Virus record (IMG/VR): IMGVR_UViG_3300031758_000004
Span: 1 to 64,000 of that record
DNA: 64,000 nucleotides
Strand: one strand, 5' to 3'
DNA from: a virus
Numbering within the stretch: position 1 is the first letter of the stretch; the number at the start of each line of letters is the position of its first letter. The translations under genes were made by a program, and so were the position numbers. Shown here one piece after another: positions 48,846 to 59,000 of this stretch. The notes below the pieces were generated by a model. That model was not told the origin of the DNA, searched no databases, and saw only the letters and a program-made list of their open reading frames with translations.

Positions 48846-50384
48846 ATGGCAGGTACTTATAGTAAATATGATTCAACTTCTTACTACTCATTGAGTAGTG
48901 TTTTAGTATTGTCTGATTCAGGAACACAATCATATTCTTTTGGTAATAACTATGTTTATACTAACTTATTTGATAATGAGGATAAATTAATTTCACCAAA
49001 AATGTTGAGAGACTCTATATTATCAATATGGGACACAACACCATTTAAAGAGACAAGTGCTAGTGGTTCATATTATATTGGTATAGATACAGGAAATCCA
49101 AATGAAGATTTAACAAAAAAAATATATTTAGGTAAAAGGTATTATAGTAATGGTACCTATTCAACTACTGAAATAATGAATAATGATTTGTTGAGTAGTG
49201 AAGTGGATCTTTTCTTATTCAATACTAAGAAGGATTCTATAACACAATTACAAACTAAAATCGTTATTTTATCTGGTACAAACTCATCAATATACACTAA
49301 ATCACCATACATATCAAGTGATTATGTTGTTGGTACAACAGCTTCAAAATTAACTTTGAATTTAATAAATTCAAGTGGTGATATATCTTTATTATCACGT
49401 GGTATAGATCCATATACTGGCTTAAATACCAATTCTGGAGGTACTGTTTCTATTAATAATATTATTTACCCTACTATACAACAATCAACTGATGAGCAAA
49501 CAACCGATGGGTTAGATGGTAAGATACTAACATGGTTTAACGGAGGACTTACTTGGTCAAAAATTGAAGTTACTAATACTGATTGGGCTGGTGTCACTGG
49601 TTCTGAACTTAATTTATATGGTAATCCTGCTAATTTAAATGGTTATTCACTTGACTTTACTGATCATAGAATGGTTCCAATTAAAATCGGTGATATAGAA
49701 CCTGGATCTACTTTTTCAAAAAATAGTCTTTCCGATTTACTTAGTAGAATAATTTATGAATATCAAGCACCTGAATGTGATCTTGTATTAAAAACTAATA
49801 AATATTTAGAAGTAGGAACTTCACCAAAAATATTTTTAGATTATACTATCTATAAAAGAACAAATGATTTACTACCTACATTATTTACTAATATGATACC
49901 TAGTAGTTATGCTCCTATTTCTAGTCCTTATTCATTTAAAATAAATGGTGAAATAGAAGGAGCTGTTATAACACCATTACAAGCAACAACATCAACATTT
50001 ACTATGACTGTCAATGATGGATTAAATAGTAATAGTATAACAAAATCAGTTGTTGGTGTTTATCCTTATTTTTATGGATTTAGTACATTTAGTTCAATAA
50101 CAATAGCCAATTTATCCAGTTTAACTAAAAAAATTGAACCTAAAGAGGATAAAAGTTATGATATAACAGGTATTGGAAACTTCTTTTTTATATATGATAA
50201 AGATTATGGTACACTATCAAATATTTATAATAGTTATGGTGCTACTATATCAGCTTCGTTTTCATATACAACTAAAGTACTTTCATCACCAGATGGTTAC
50301 TGGCAATCAAAAGAATTTTATGTTTATAAGTGGGAGAGTGTTGAAATTGGACCTCCTTCAGAAATTTTCCAATTTGGATATTAA
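48846..50384 (+). CDS. Virion structural protein, paralog of the previous gene
   Basis: Shared motifs as above. Confidence 0.65.
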   Translation: MAGTYSKYDSTSYYSLSSVLVLSDSGTQSYSFGNNYVYTNLFDNEDKLISPKMLRDSILSIWDTTPFKETSASGSYYIGIDTGNPNEDLTKKIYLGKRYYSNGTYSTTEIMNNDLLSSEVDLFLFNTKKDSITQLQTKIVILSGTNSSIYTKSPYISSDYVVGTTASKLTLNLINSSGDISLLSRGIDPYTGLNTNSGGTVSINNIIYPTIQQSTDEQTTDGLDGKILTWFNGGLTWSKIEVTNTDWAGVTGSELNLYGNPANLNGYSLDFTDHRMVPIKIGDIEPGSTFSKNSLSDLLSRIIYEYQAPECDLVLKTNKYLEVGTSPKIFLDYTIYKRTNDLLPTLFTNMIPSSYAPISSPYSFKINGEIEGAVITPLQATTSTFTMTVNDGLNSNSITKSVVGVYPYFYGFSTFSSITIANLSSLTKKIEPKEDKSYDITGIGNFFFIYDKDYGTLSNIYNSYGATISASFSYTTKVLSSPDGYWQSKEFYVYKWESVEIGPPSEIFQFGY

Positions 50385-50402
50385 AAATTTTATATATAGT
50401 TT

Positions 50403-52493
50403 ATGGCAATAGAAATTATAGATGGTTTTAAACTTAGTTCACCTAGACCAATAGATGATAGAATTGTAGCATCAGGATCAAATGCAAGAGATGCTATAGT
50501 ATATAAATATGAGGGCTTGAGAGTATTTGATACTAGTGAGGGAGTACCTTATGTTTGGGTAAATAATGGATGGAAGAAAGAAAATTCAACAGGTTTATCA
50601 GTTCCGACTACTATTATACCTACATTTACCGAAACAACTACATATAGACTGGGTCAGGTTTTAAAGGTTTTAAATTCTAATAACTTTCTTACTAATAGTA
50701 ATATGTTTGAGATTGAATACACAACACCAGCTGGTGTGATTACTGGTAAAACTATTGCTATAAATCATAACAATGCTAGCTCTGTTACATCTACTGCTAA
50801 GTTGGATGTATCTGGTACTATTAAAGCTACTTCATTTTCTGGAAATGGTGCTAATATTACAAATATAGTTCCTAGTAATTTTGATACATCCTCTTCTAAA
50901 ATTGTATTATCTCAAATTCAACCAGGAACTGCTGATTATATATTAAGAACAAATTCGGCTGGTAGTGCTCTTGAGTGGGTTGCTTCATCAGCTTTGTCTA
51001 GTGGTATTAGTATTAGCTCGGTTTCTACGAGTGGTGGTAGTTCAAATAACATACACTATCTTACTTCAGTACCCGATAATCAACCATCACAAAGTTCTTT
51101 ACTTATTTATAACCAAAGTGCTACACAAAGGATTGGTATTATACCATCAACTGGTCAAATATTGGTTAAATCAACATCATCACCTTCATCTCCACCTTAT
51201 TCATTTATTAATAATTTATCAAGTGGTATTTACTTATCTTCTACAAACCAAGTATCTATTTCAACATCAGGAAATCAAAGATTGGAGGTTGATTCTTCTT
51301 ATGTTAGAGTTCCATCCGGAAGTAGTAAATCTTCTTTAGGTTTAAGATTTGGTGGTACTGGTACAACATTTAATATATCTAATTATGGATTATATCAAGC
51401 TAGTACTTATATCAGTACAGTTGTTAATAGTGATGAGGTTCTTAGAGTTTTTACTAGTGGTTCATCACAAGGTTCTGGTTCTGTTAGAATTTATGGAAAT
51501 GGGGGTCTTTTAAGTTTGTTTGGTAGATCACAAGGAGGTTCTGATACTACTGCTGGTGGTACTTATATACAATTTTATAGAACTGGTGGATTAGACACAA
51601 CATTAACTCCAACTAGATCAGCTTATTTAGGATTTGGAAATTCTAACAATAGTACTTTTAACATCTATAATGAAATAACAAACAACTACATTCAACTTTC
51701 GAGTCTTGGCCAAACTCTAATATATTCTAATATCTCTAATGGGTATGGAACTCAAATAAAAAATAATGGAACATCACTTGCTTATGGCGTTTTAATAACT
51801 GCTAGATTTACAACATCTGAACTTTCTAGTAGTCGAACAATCACCAGATTTGATGTGGAAGATGGTTCAAATACTTATACAGCTGCTTATGTGAATTCTC
51901 AGGGTGTTCAATTGTGGGGATATACTGGAGTAGCACAGACACCAACCGTGTCTGGTACTATTACAAAACCATCACTGTGTTTTAATAATAGTACTTCAAC
52001 TGGTCTTTATTCAAGTGATCCGGGTGTGATTGGTTTTACCTCTCTTGGTGTTAAAAAAATGGAGATAAATAATCAAGGTGTGATGATTGGTAGAGTTAAT
52101 AATATCGTCAGTAATCATACATCCGGGTATATTGTATTTGTTAGAAATTCGAGTGGTGGTGGATTTGGTTACTATGGTACTCAAAAAGGTGGAGTGATTG
52201 CTGTAACTGATGTATCTGGAATCGGTAGTAGTTTTTCAACCACATCTGGTTGGATAACAGTTCGCATAACCTTCGCTTCTGGTACATTTACGGGTGGTCC
52301 TGATGATAACGTTGTTGTTTCCAATTTTGGTTTACAAGATACACATCCTAATATACTCTATTATTGTCAACATATATCGGGTAAAGTTATTGATTCCAGT
52401 ACTCTTGAAATAAGAATGCAATTTCAACCTTTGGCATCAGGTGGGTACACAATAAGGCTATGTTTTATGGTTGAATCGGTAGTCAATCCGTAG
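50403..52493 (+). CDS. Tail fibre/spike-like protein
   Basis: S/T/G-rich beta-repeat character; IDGF..PIDDR..YEGL.V N-terminus. Confidence 0.55.
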   Translation: MAIEIIDGFKLSSPRPIDDRIVASGSNARDAIVYKYEGLRVFDTSEGVPYVWVNNGWKKENSTGLSVPTTIIPTFTETTTYRLGQVLKVLNSNNFLTNSNMFEIEYTTPAGVITGKTIAINHNNASSVTSTAKLDVSGTIKATSFSGNGANITNIVPSNFDTSSSKIVLSQIQPGTADYILRTNSAGSALEWVASSALSSGISISSVSTSGGSSNNIHYLTSVPDNQPSQSSLLIYNQSATQRIGIIPSTGQILVKSTSSPSSPPYSFINNLSSGIYLSSTNQVSISTSGNQRLEVDSSYVRVPSGSSKSSLGLRFGGTGTTFNISNYGLYQASTYISTVVNSDEVLRVFTSGSSQGSGSVRIYGNGGLLSLFGRSQGGSDTTAGGTYIQFYRTGGLDTTLTPTRSAYLGFGNSNNSTFNIYNEITNNYIQLSSLGQTLIYSNISNGYGTQIKNNGTSLAYGVLITARFTTSELSSSRTITRFDVEDGSNTYTAAYVNSQGVQLWGYTGVAQTPTVSGTITKPSLCFNNSTSTGLYSSDPGVIGFTSLGVKKMEINNQGVMIGRVNNIVSNHTSGYIVFVRNSSGGGFGYYGTQKGGVIAVTDVSGIGSSFSTTSGWITVRITFASGTFTGGPDDNVVVSNFGLQDTHPNILYYCQHISGKVIDSSTLEIRMQFQPLASGGYTIRLCFMVESVVNP

Positions 52494-52514
52494 GTAATCT
52501 AATTGAACTACTAT

Positions 52515-53213
52515 TTAAACTTCCCTTTCGAACCACCAATTGAAGTAAATATAATTATCACCTACAAGGTTGTAAGTTTCATCACCATGTCTTACTATGA
52601 TTTTATCAGGGTGTGATCTTACAACCTCTATTTCTAAACCTTTATCCATGATTAGTTGTTTTCCAGTTTCAATTGAATAACAAATAATTTCATCATTTAT
52701 AAGTTTATATGTTCCTGGTTCTGGTTTTAACCACTCTTTGATAGTTTTAATTATCAATCCCTTTATTTTAATAACCCATTCTTTTGCTTGGTATAAATCA
52801 TAGTCTTTAAAAACTTCTGATTCTAGTTCAGCATTTGGACTAAAAATATTTTCAATAACCCCCCAATATTCTTTTTCACCAATTATAAAAGTTAAATAAA
52901 CATTATAATAAATATTATGAGATTTTAAAATTCTAAGTATTTTCATACTTTTTATATCTTGATCTTCAAGTGCTAATTTACCTCTTAGTTGAGCATAAGC
53001 ATTTGAACCTGATAATTTAAACATAATATCATTTATTCTAGCCATTGCTTGTCTAATAGCATCTTGGTTTTTATCAAACGCATTTAAAGATAATTTTGGA
53101 TCATCAACACCTGATATAGACCCAGCTGATGTCTCAGCACCAAATCTTTGAAGATTGAATTCGGTAAAACTTTCATTAAATTTTTCAAATTTTTTTATTA
53201 TTCTATTAGACAT
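52515..53213 (-). CDS. Hypothetical protein with CTS-like N-terminus
   Basis: MSNRIIKKFEKFNESF. Confidence 0.6.
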   Translation of the reverse strand: MSNRIIKKFEKFNESFTEFNLQRFGAETSAGSISGVDDPKLSLNAFDKNQDAIRQAMARINDIMFKLSGSNAYAQLRGKLALEDQDIKSMKILRILKSHNIYYNVYLTFIIGEKEYWGVIENIFSPNAELESEVFKDYDLYQAKEWVIKIKGLIIKTIKEWLKPEPGTYKLINDEIICYSIETGKQLIMDKGLEIEVVRSHPDKIIVRHGDETYNLVGDNYIYFNWWFEREV

Positions 53214-54102
53214 TATCTTCTATTTTATTTTTTATATCATCTTTATAAGATATTCTTATTAGTTTGATATTATTAGAATTACAATAATTTGATTTTATCA
53301 AATCTCTTCTCTTTTGTATTTTAAAACTTTCTTGACCACCATAAAAATCAATAGGTTTGAAGTGTTGTTCACCATCGTATTCTATACAAATATTTAATTT
53401 AGGTAAATAAAAATCGAATCTTAATTCTTTTTTATAAAAACATTCTTTAAATGAGTGTTGACTTATATATTCTATATTATTAAATTCTAATATTCTTCTA
53501 ATCTCTCTTTCTCCTTTAGATTCTTGACATTTTGGACAACCAACTCCACTTAAATGTGAATGTGGCATTTGTTTGAATTTTCCATGTTTCAAACATATTA
53601 TATCAACTTTCTTATTCATGTTGATATACTCAACTAATTTATAGTCATATTTTTTCAAATGTATATTATTTGACCTTTCTATAAAAGTTTCAGTTGTTAT
53701 TTTTTTACATTTTGGACAATCTTGTCCTTTTAGATGATTATTAGGTGTTTGTTCAAATTCACCATGTTTTCTACATATTATTTTAACCTTTATCTTACTA
53801 CCTTTATAATCCACTTTTGAATAATCATACTTATCACCATTTAATAAGATAAAGTCATTAATTATATCTTTATTATTCTTTTTATTAAAATGTTTATCTG
53901 AGCATTCCGGACAATCTTGACCTCTTAAATGATTATTAGGTGTTTGTTCAAAAATACCATGAAATTTACATATTATTTTAACTTTAACTTTGTTATTAAC
54001 ATAAGATACTAATGAATAATCATACTCATCACCTCTTTTTGTGATACAATCTTCAATAAATGATTTAGTATTTTTCTTTTTAGTATTTCTTTGAATTGAC
54101 AT
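53206..54102 (-). mobile_element. Free-standing homing-endonuclease-like gene (CxxHG repeats plus Vsr/DUF559-like nuclease)
   Basis: GDKYDY..ICRKHGEFEQTP..CP.C repeats; IEYDGEQH. Confidence 0.8.
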
Positions 54103-54105
54103 ATT

Positions 54106-54117
54106 TAATATATATTA
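54106..54117. promoter_or_regulatory. Palindromic, bidirectional TAATATATATTA (putative late promoter)
   Basis: Lies between the divergent starts 54102(-) and 54137(+). Confidence 0.6.
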
Positions 54118-54136
54118 AAATTTAATTATTGAAAAT

Positions 54137-54454
54137 ATGAGAATTAAGAGATTTTTTGAAAATGAACAAGTTGAACTATCTAACGAAAGAGTAGATGAGA
54201 TTATCAATGAAGTTGAAGACTTTTTAGATGTTTTAAATGAAAAAAATAAATATTTAGAGTCATTAATAATTGAATTAAATAACTATAAAAATCTATCAGA
54301 TAAAGGAAATGATCAAATAGATGATTCTATAGCTTCTTTAGAGCTCGTTAAAAAAGATTTAGATAATACATTTGATAAGCTAGACACAACTTTAAGTAAC
54401 TTAAATTCATATAAAGATGAAGGTAGAAAATACCTTTATATAGAAAAGAAATAA
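54137..54454 (+). CDS. Coiled-coil protein with CTS-like N-terminus
   Basis: MRIKRFFENE. Confidence 0.6.
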   Translation: MRIKRFFENEQVELSNERVDEIINEVEDFLDVLNEKNKYLESLIIELNNYKNLSDKGNDQIDDSIASLELVKKDLDNTFDKLDTTLSNLNSYKDEGRKYLYIEKK

Positions 54455-54457
54455 ATT

Positions 54458-54616
54458 ATGTTTGTAGCTCCCGATCCTAATACAATTGTACTTGGTGGTC
54501 CTGGTTCCAGGTTAAATCCATATAGTCATTGGTTCCAACCATTTCAAATCACTCGTCATAAAATGAGAAAGAAAAAAATTGAAAAAATATATGGAATTAG
54601 TAGGAAAGAAAAGTAA
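54458..54616 (+). CDS. Small protein (52 aa) with MRKKKIEKIY motif
   Basis: Hand-read ORF between two genes. Confidence 0.45.
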   Translation: MFVAPDPNTIVLGGPGSRLNPYSHWFQPFQITRHKMRKKKIEKIYGISRKEK

Positions 54617-54848
54617 TTTAGAACCTGGTTATGTTTTTGCTCCGTATATAATACAAACATCTAATCCTATAATTGATGGTAGTTTAAAACAGAATATTAG
54701 AAGGGTGAAAATAAATAAAGTTTATAACCTTAATAGAGAAATAAAAGATAGTCAATTTTCACCAAAAATGGCAGTTAAATCAAGATATTCTGTTACAAGT
54801 GTAAATAGTAATTATTTTGGAAAGATTGAAATAAAAAACCCACTTTAA
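54591..54848 (+). CDS. Small protein resembling the C-terminus of gp23-type major capsid protein
   Basis: LVGKK..EPGYVFAPY..FSPKMAVKSRY..VNSNYFGKI. Confidence 0.6.
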   Translation: MELVGKKSNLEPGYVFAPYIIQTSNPIIDGSLKQNIRRVKINKVYNLNREIKDSQFSPKMAVKSRYSVTSVNSNYFGKIEIKNPL

Positions 54849-54858
54849 AAGTGGGTTT
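54833..54858. terminator. Bidirectional intrinsic terminator
   Basis: aaaaaacccactt-taa-aagtgggttt. Confidence 0.8.
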
Positions 54859-54864
54859 AATTAT

Positions 54865-55227
54865 CTATATAAAGTAATATAAGACTAATTTAACAAAATT
54901 TCTATCATCTCTTAAAAGTCTATTAATGTCGATAGAGATTTTTTCTGGATGAAATCCTCTAACTTCGGTTGACTCGATATCTTCTAGATGTAAACCTTCA
55001 CCTAATGTTAAGTACTCATTAACTTCAGATATTACATCTTTAATATCAATAGAGTTAAAGACTCTAATTCCATCAGAGTTTTTTGTTATCTCAATAATAA
55101 GGTAGTTATCTTTGTTATCAACCTTTGTTTTGAAATCAAATTTTTCTAATTTATATAAAATTCTTTCTAAGTTAGACTTAACTGGATCTAATTCATAACT
55201 CTCATTAAACCTTCTCAAATATTTCAT
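54865..55227 (-). CDS. Putative internal head protein (CTS-like N-terminus)
   Basis: MKYLRRFNESY. Confidence 0.6.
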   Translation of the reverse strand: MKYLRRFNESYELDPVKSNLERILYKLEKFDFKTKVDNKDNYLIIEITKNSDGIRVFNSIDIKDVISEVNEYLTLGEGLHLEDIESTEVRGFHPEKISIDINRLLRDDRNFVKLVLYYFI

Positions 55228-55814
55228 TATTTAGTATATTTTAATTTGTAAAGTGTTTTATAAAGAAGAACTACAATATCATCAATAATACTATGTAAAT
55301 GAGTATCTTCCTCATTAATACATTTTCTCTCAACTTTAATAAAAGTAGCTAATTCATTGAAATATTCAATAGTATCTTTAGAAGCGGTTTCTTTTGTATC
55401 AATTACATCATATTCTTCAATAATACCATATTGACCTTGATATGCCTCTATCGTATCATCAATTAATTCCAAAACATCTTCATAATAATCACCAAGCGCT
55501 GTATGTTTAGCATGTGAACCCATATCACCTTTAACTTGTAAGTGATAAATATGTGCCATTTCTCTACTTTCAAATAATTTAGAGAAGAATTTACCCGGAT
55601 TTGAACCTTCGCCTAAGAATTGTTTTGGTTCTTCTTCACTTTGTGCCTGAGCTTGAGCCTGTGATTGTGCCTGAGATTGACTTTGAGCACCTTGACCTTG
55701 TAACATTTTTACAAGTTCATCTTTAGATAATTCATCATAATTTGTTGGAAGATTTGCGTCTTCGTTGAATTTTCTAAGTTTTGATTTCTTTTGTATATCA
55801 GAAAACCTTTTCAT
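55227..55814 (-). CDS. Ferritin/Dps-like four-helix protein with CTS-like N-terminus
   Basis: AHIYHL..H.ALGDYYE..ID..IEAYQG; KLRKFNED; QAQS repeat linker. Confidence 0.55.
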   Translation of the reverse strand: MKRFSDIQKKSKLRKFNEDANLPTNYDELSKDELVKMLQGQGAQSQSQAQSQAQAQAQSEEEPKQFLGEGSNPGKFFSKLFESREMAHIYHLQVKGDMGSHAKHTALGDYYEDVLELIDDTIEAYQGQYGIIEEYDVIDTKETASKDTIEYFNELATFIKVERKCINEEDTHLHSIIDDIVVLLYKTLYKLKYTK

Positions 55815-55901
55815 AATAATATTTTAATTTTTAATTATATATTAAAAAGATAAAACTGAAAATTTCATTTTAATATATAACCTATAAAAATATTTTTTAC
55901 T

Positions 55902-56078
55902 ATGAAATACATCAATAAGTATATTAAAATGTTTGAAAACGAGGTTTTAGAAAGACCGGTTGTTAAAGAACAAACAAAAACAGCTACTGAAAAAGATGTT
56001 GTTGATAGATTAGAAAGAATCTATAAAGAACTTTCAAAAGAAGAAAAAAATGAAATCGATTCTTATTTCCAAAAATAA
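55902..56078 (+). CDS. Small protein (58 aa) with CTS-like N-terminus
   Basis: Hand-read MKYINKYIKMFENE.. behind TAATATATA at 55871. Confidence 0.6.
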   Translation: MKYINKYIKMFENEVLERPVVKEQTKTATEKDVVDRLERIYKELSKEEKNEIDSYFQK

Positions 56079-56086
56079 TTAAAATT

Positions 56087-59000
56087 ATGAAATTAAAATT
56101 AAAAGACTTTTCACAATTTTTTGAAGAAGCTGATATTAAAAAGAACATCGGTCTTCCGAAAGATTTTACATCAAGAGCTGAAGAAGAAGCAACTAAAAAT
56201 TTAGGTATTAATATAGATCAACCAACTCGAAGTAGATTGATGGAATATGCTGATAAAGCTGATCAACTAATGGGTAGATCTATTCCAAAAAATCAGATTG
56301 AAGAGAAATATACTCAATTGGAAAACTTAGCAAAAAAAGTTATTGAGACTGAATATAAAGCAGTATTTGAGTTTCTACCAATTGAATTAGATATTAGACT
56401 AATCAGACCAGGTGAATCTGTTATGGGTGAAATGCCTGAATTGGGAAAAAAACAAGAACAACCTGGTGTTAGACCTGATTATAAAGAAGAAGAATCTCAA
56501 TCCGATGAAGAACAATCTGATGAAACTCAGTCACAATCTCAATCACAAGAAGACGACGATTTCTTTAGTTTTTTTGGAGGTGATGACGAAGAACAAGAAT
56601 CTAATGAAGAGGAAGATTTAGAAAATATTATTGAGCCAGAAGTAACTAATAAAGATGTCGCTATGGCTGTTGATAAAACACAAATCTTAAATATGATTAC
56701 TCAAGGTGCTGGTAAAGCAACCAAAGATATAATCAAGTTTTCTGAATTAATTTCCTCTGAATTAAAAAACATTTTAGGTGATAATTCTGGTGAGATTTTA
56801 AAATTATGGGGTCTTATATCAGATGAAGCTGATAAAGGTGACTGGACAACTCCTATACACATTAAATCAAATCTATTTAAAGATAATCCAGGTGGAATTG
56901 CAGGGGCTGTTAGAGTTTTGTGGGAAAGTAAAAACATATCATATGAATTAGAATTATTAAAAGAAAATTCTAATTATAGTAAAATTGTTGTTAAAGCATT
57001 TGGAGTTGATTTTCCTATGTTGATACATGAGGCTGTAAAAGGTATCTATATGATTTTACAATCACCAGCTATTAAAAAGAATAAGGAATTAGCTGAGGAA
57101 ATTAAAATGGCTACTTCTTCTTATATGGACGAAGCTTCTGATTTTAGATATGGACCATTAGCTCAAAAGATGTTTAGAGATTTTATTTATCATTGTAAAG
57201 ACGCTGATAGATATCCAAATATGGTTGAGAGAGTTTTATACTTTTTAGCAATGGATATTGATAATAATGGTAAATTTACGGATGAACAATTTTTGGAAAT
57301 AACAAAGAGTTTATTTTCTTCTTTTAATAAAGTCGTTGAAGGTGGTAAAATAGAGTTTACTATTAATGAAGAAAGATTTGTTGAATCGATTGCTAGAACT
57401 AAAATCGAAGAATTGATTAAAGAAGAAGTTGATTTTGAAGAAGAAATGGAAAGAATGGAAAGAGAAAAAGATCTTAAATCTGCTCTTCCTTCCGAAAACG
57501 AGCCAAAACAACCAGAGACAACGGTTGATGATGAAGAGGATGAAATTGAAAAATTAAAAAGAGCTACAGCTCAAAGAGAACAAGATTATAGTAATATGTC
57601 ACCAAGAGAAATCCAAGAGTTAATTGATGATGCTTTAGATAGTGGTGATTATGAAAAAGTTAAGTTTCTTTCTCAATTCTTAAAAGAAGGTAAAGAAATC
57701 TATTTAAGAGAAATAGAGATGTTGAATGAAAGAATTAAAATCAGAGAGAAATCAAAATTGATTAAATCCGAATTTATCTTAAATGAGAATTTAGATAAGG
57801 CTAAAAAGTTTATGAAAGATACTTATATCTTAACAACTGCGGCTAATAAAATTGGTTTAGAAAACTTATTTGATCAATCAACTTCTGATAAAATGAAACT
57901 AGAGTTAGGAAGAGGTGAGAAGAAAATACTTACACCTAATGACTTTACTTTAGTTGATTCTGAGAAAAGAAAAGAGTTATCAGGTGTGATGAGAACTATT
58001 CCGGTAAATGATGATAAATTAAGAGAGTTAATTACAACCCCTGAATTTAAATCAATTCGTGAAATAAAAACAACGGTTGATGGTAAAGAATATCAGTTGG
58101 ATAGAGATAATATTGGTTGGTTATTTAATTTTGTTTATTTCTATTACGCTGAGAATATATCATTAGAAGATTTAACAAACTTATATCAACAATTAATTGA
58201 GAATAAAGATATTCTTAATTTATTAGATAAACCTTTTGATTTAAACTTTATTGATATTAAAATACCAAATAATAATGAGAAATTAATTGACTCATTGAAT
58301 AAATTACCTGCTCAAAGAGCTTACAAGAGATTAGAGTCTGACTTACCACCACACCTAAAAAGAGATTTAAAAGATTCTCCTAATTATATCAAGGATCAAT
58401 TCAGAGATTTAGCCTCTTCTTTTAGTGAATTAGATCCAGAATTATATAAAGGTTTCTGGGGTCAGATGATGATGGATGATAGAGAAGGTTCGAAAACATT
58501 TGGTAAGGTTGTTTTTAGAAGTCCTATATCAAGATTTAAGACAATTATTGAGTTAATACAAAATGCGAATGGTTATCTTAACTCTTGTGGTAATGGTTCA
58601 TTTGATGAATTCTATAAAAAATTACAAGCTTGTAATATGAAATGGGGAGCATCTGGAGCAAAAGAAGTTTTCTTTGAAAAAGGAATTTTAATTTTAGAAG
58701 TTGCTTCTTATGAGGCTAATAGAATGCTAAATGGTCATACAACACACTGTATTGTTACAAGCCGTGGACAATGGGATGGTTATGTAAATAGCACAAATGG
58801 ACGATTAACTTATGAAAATAAACAATATTATATTTATAACTTTAATTTACCATCAACAAATAATATGTGGACAATTGGTGTAACAATTCAACCAAATTCA
58901 AGAAACTATATTAGAGCAGCTCATAATAAAACAGATGGTAATGTTGCTTCAAGACTAGTTGATATATTAAGAGACTGGGGTAAAGAATACGATATTAATG

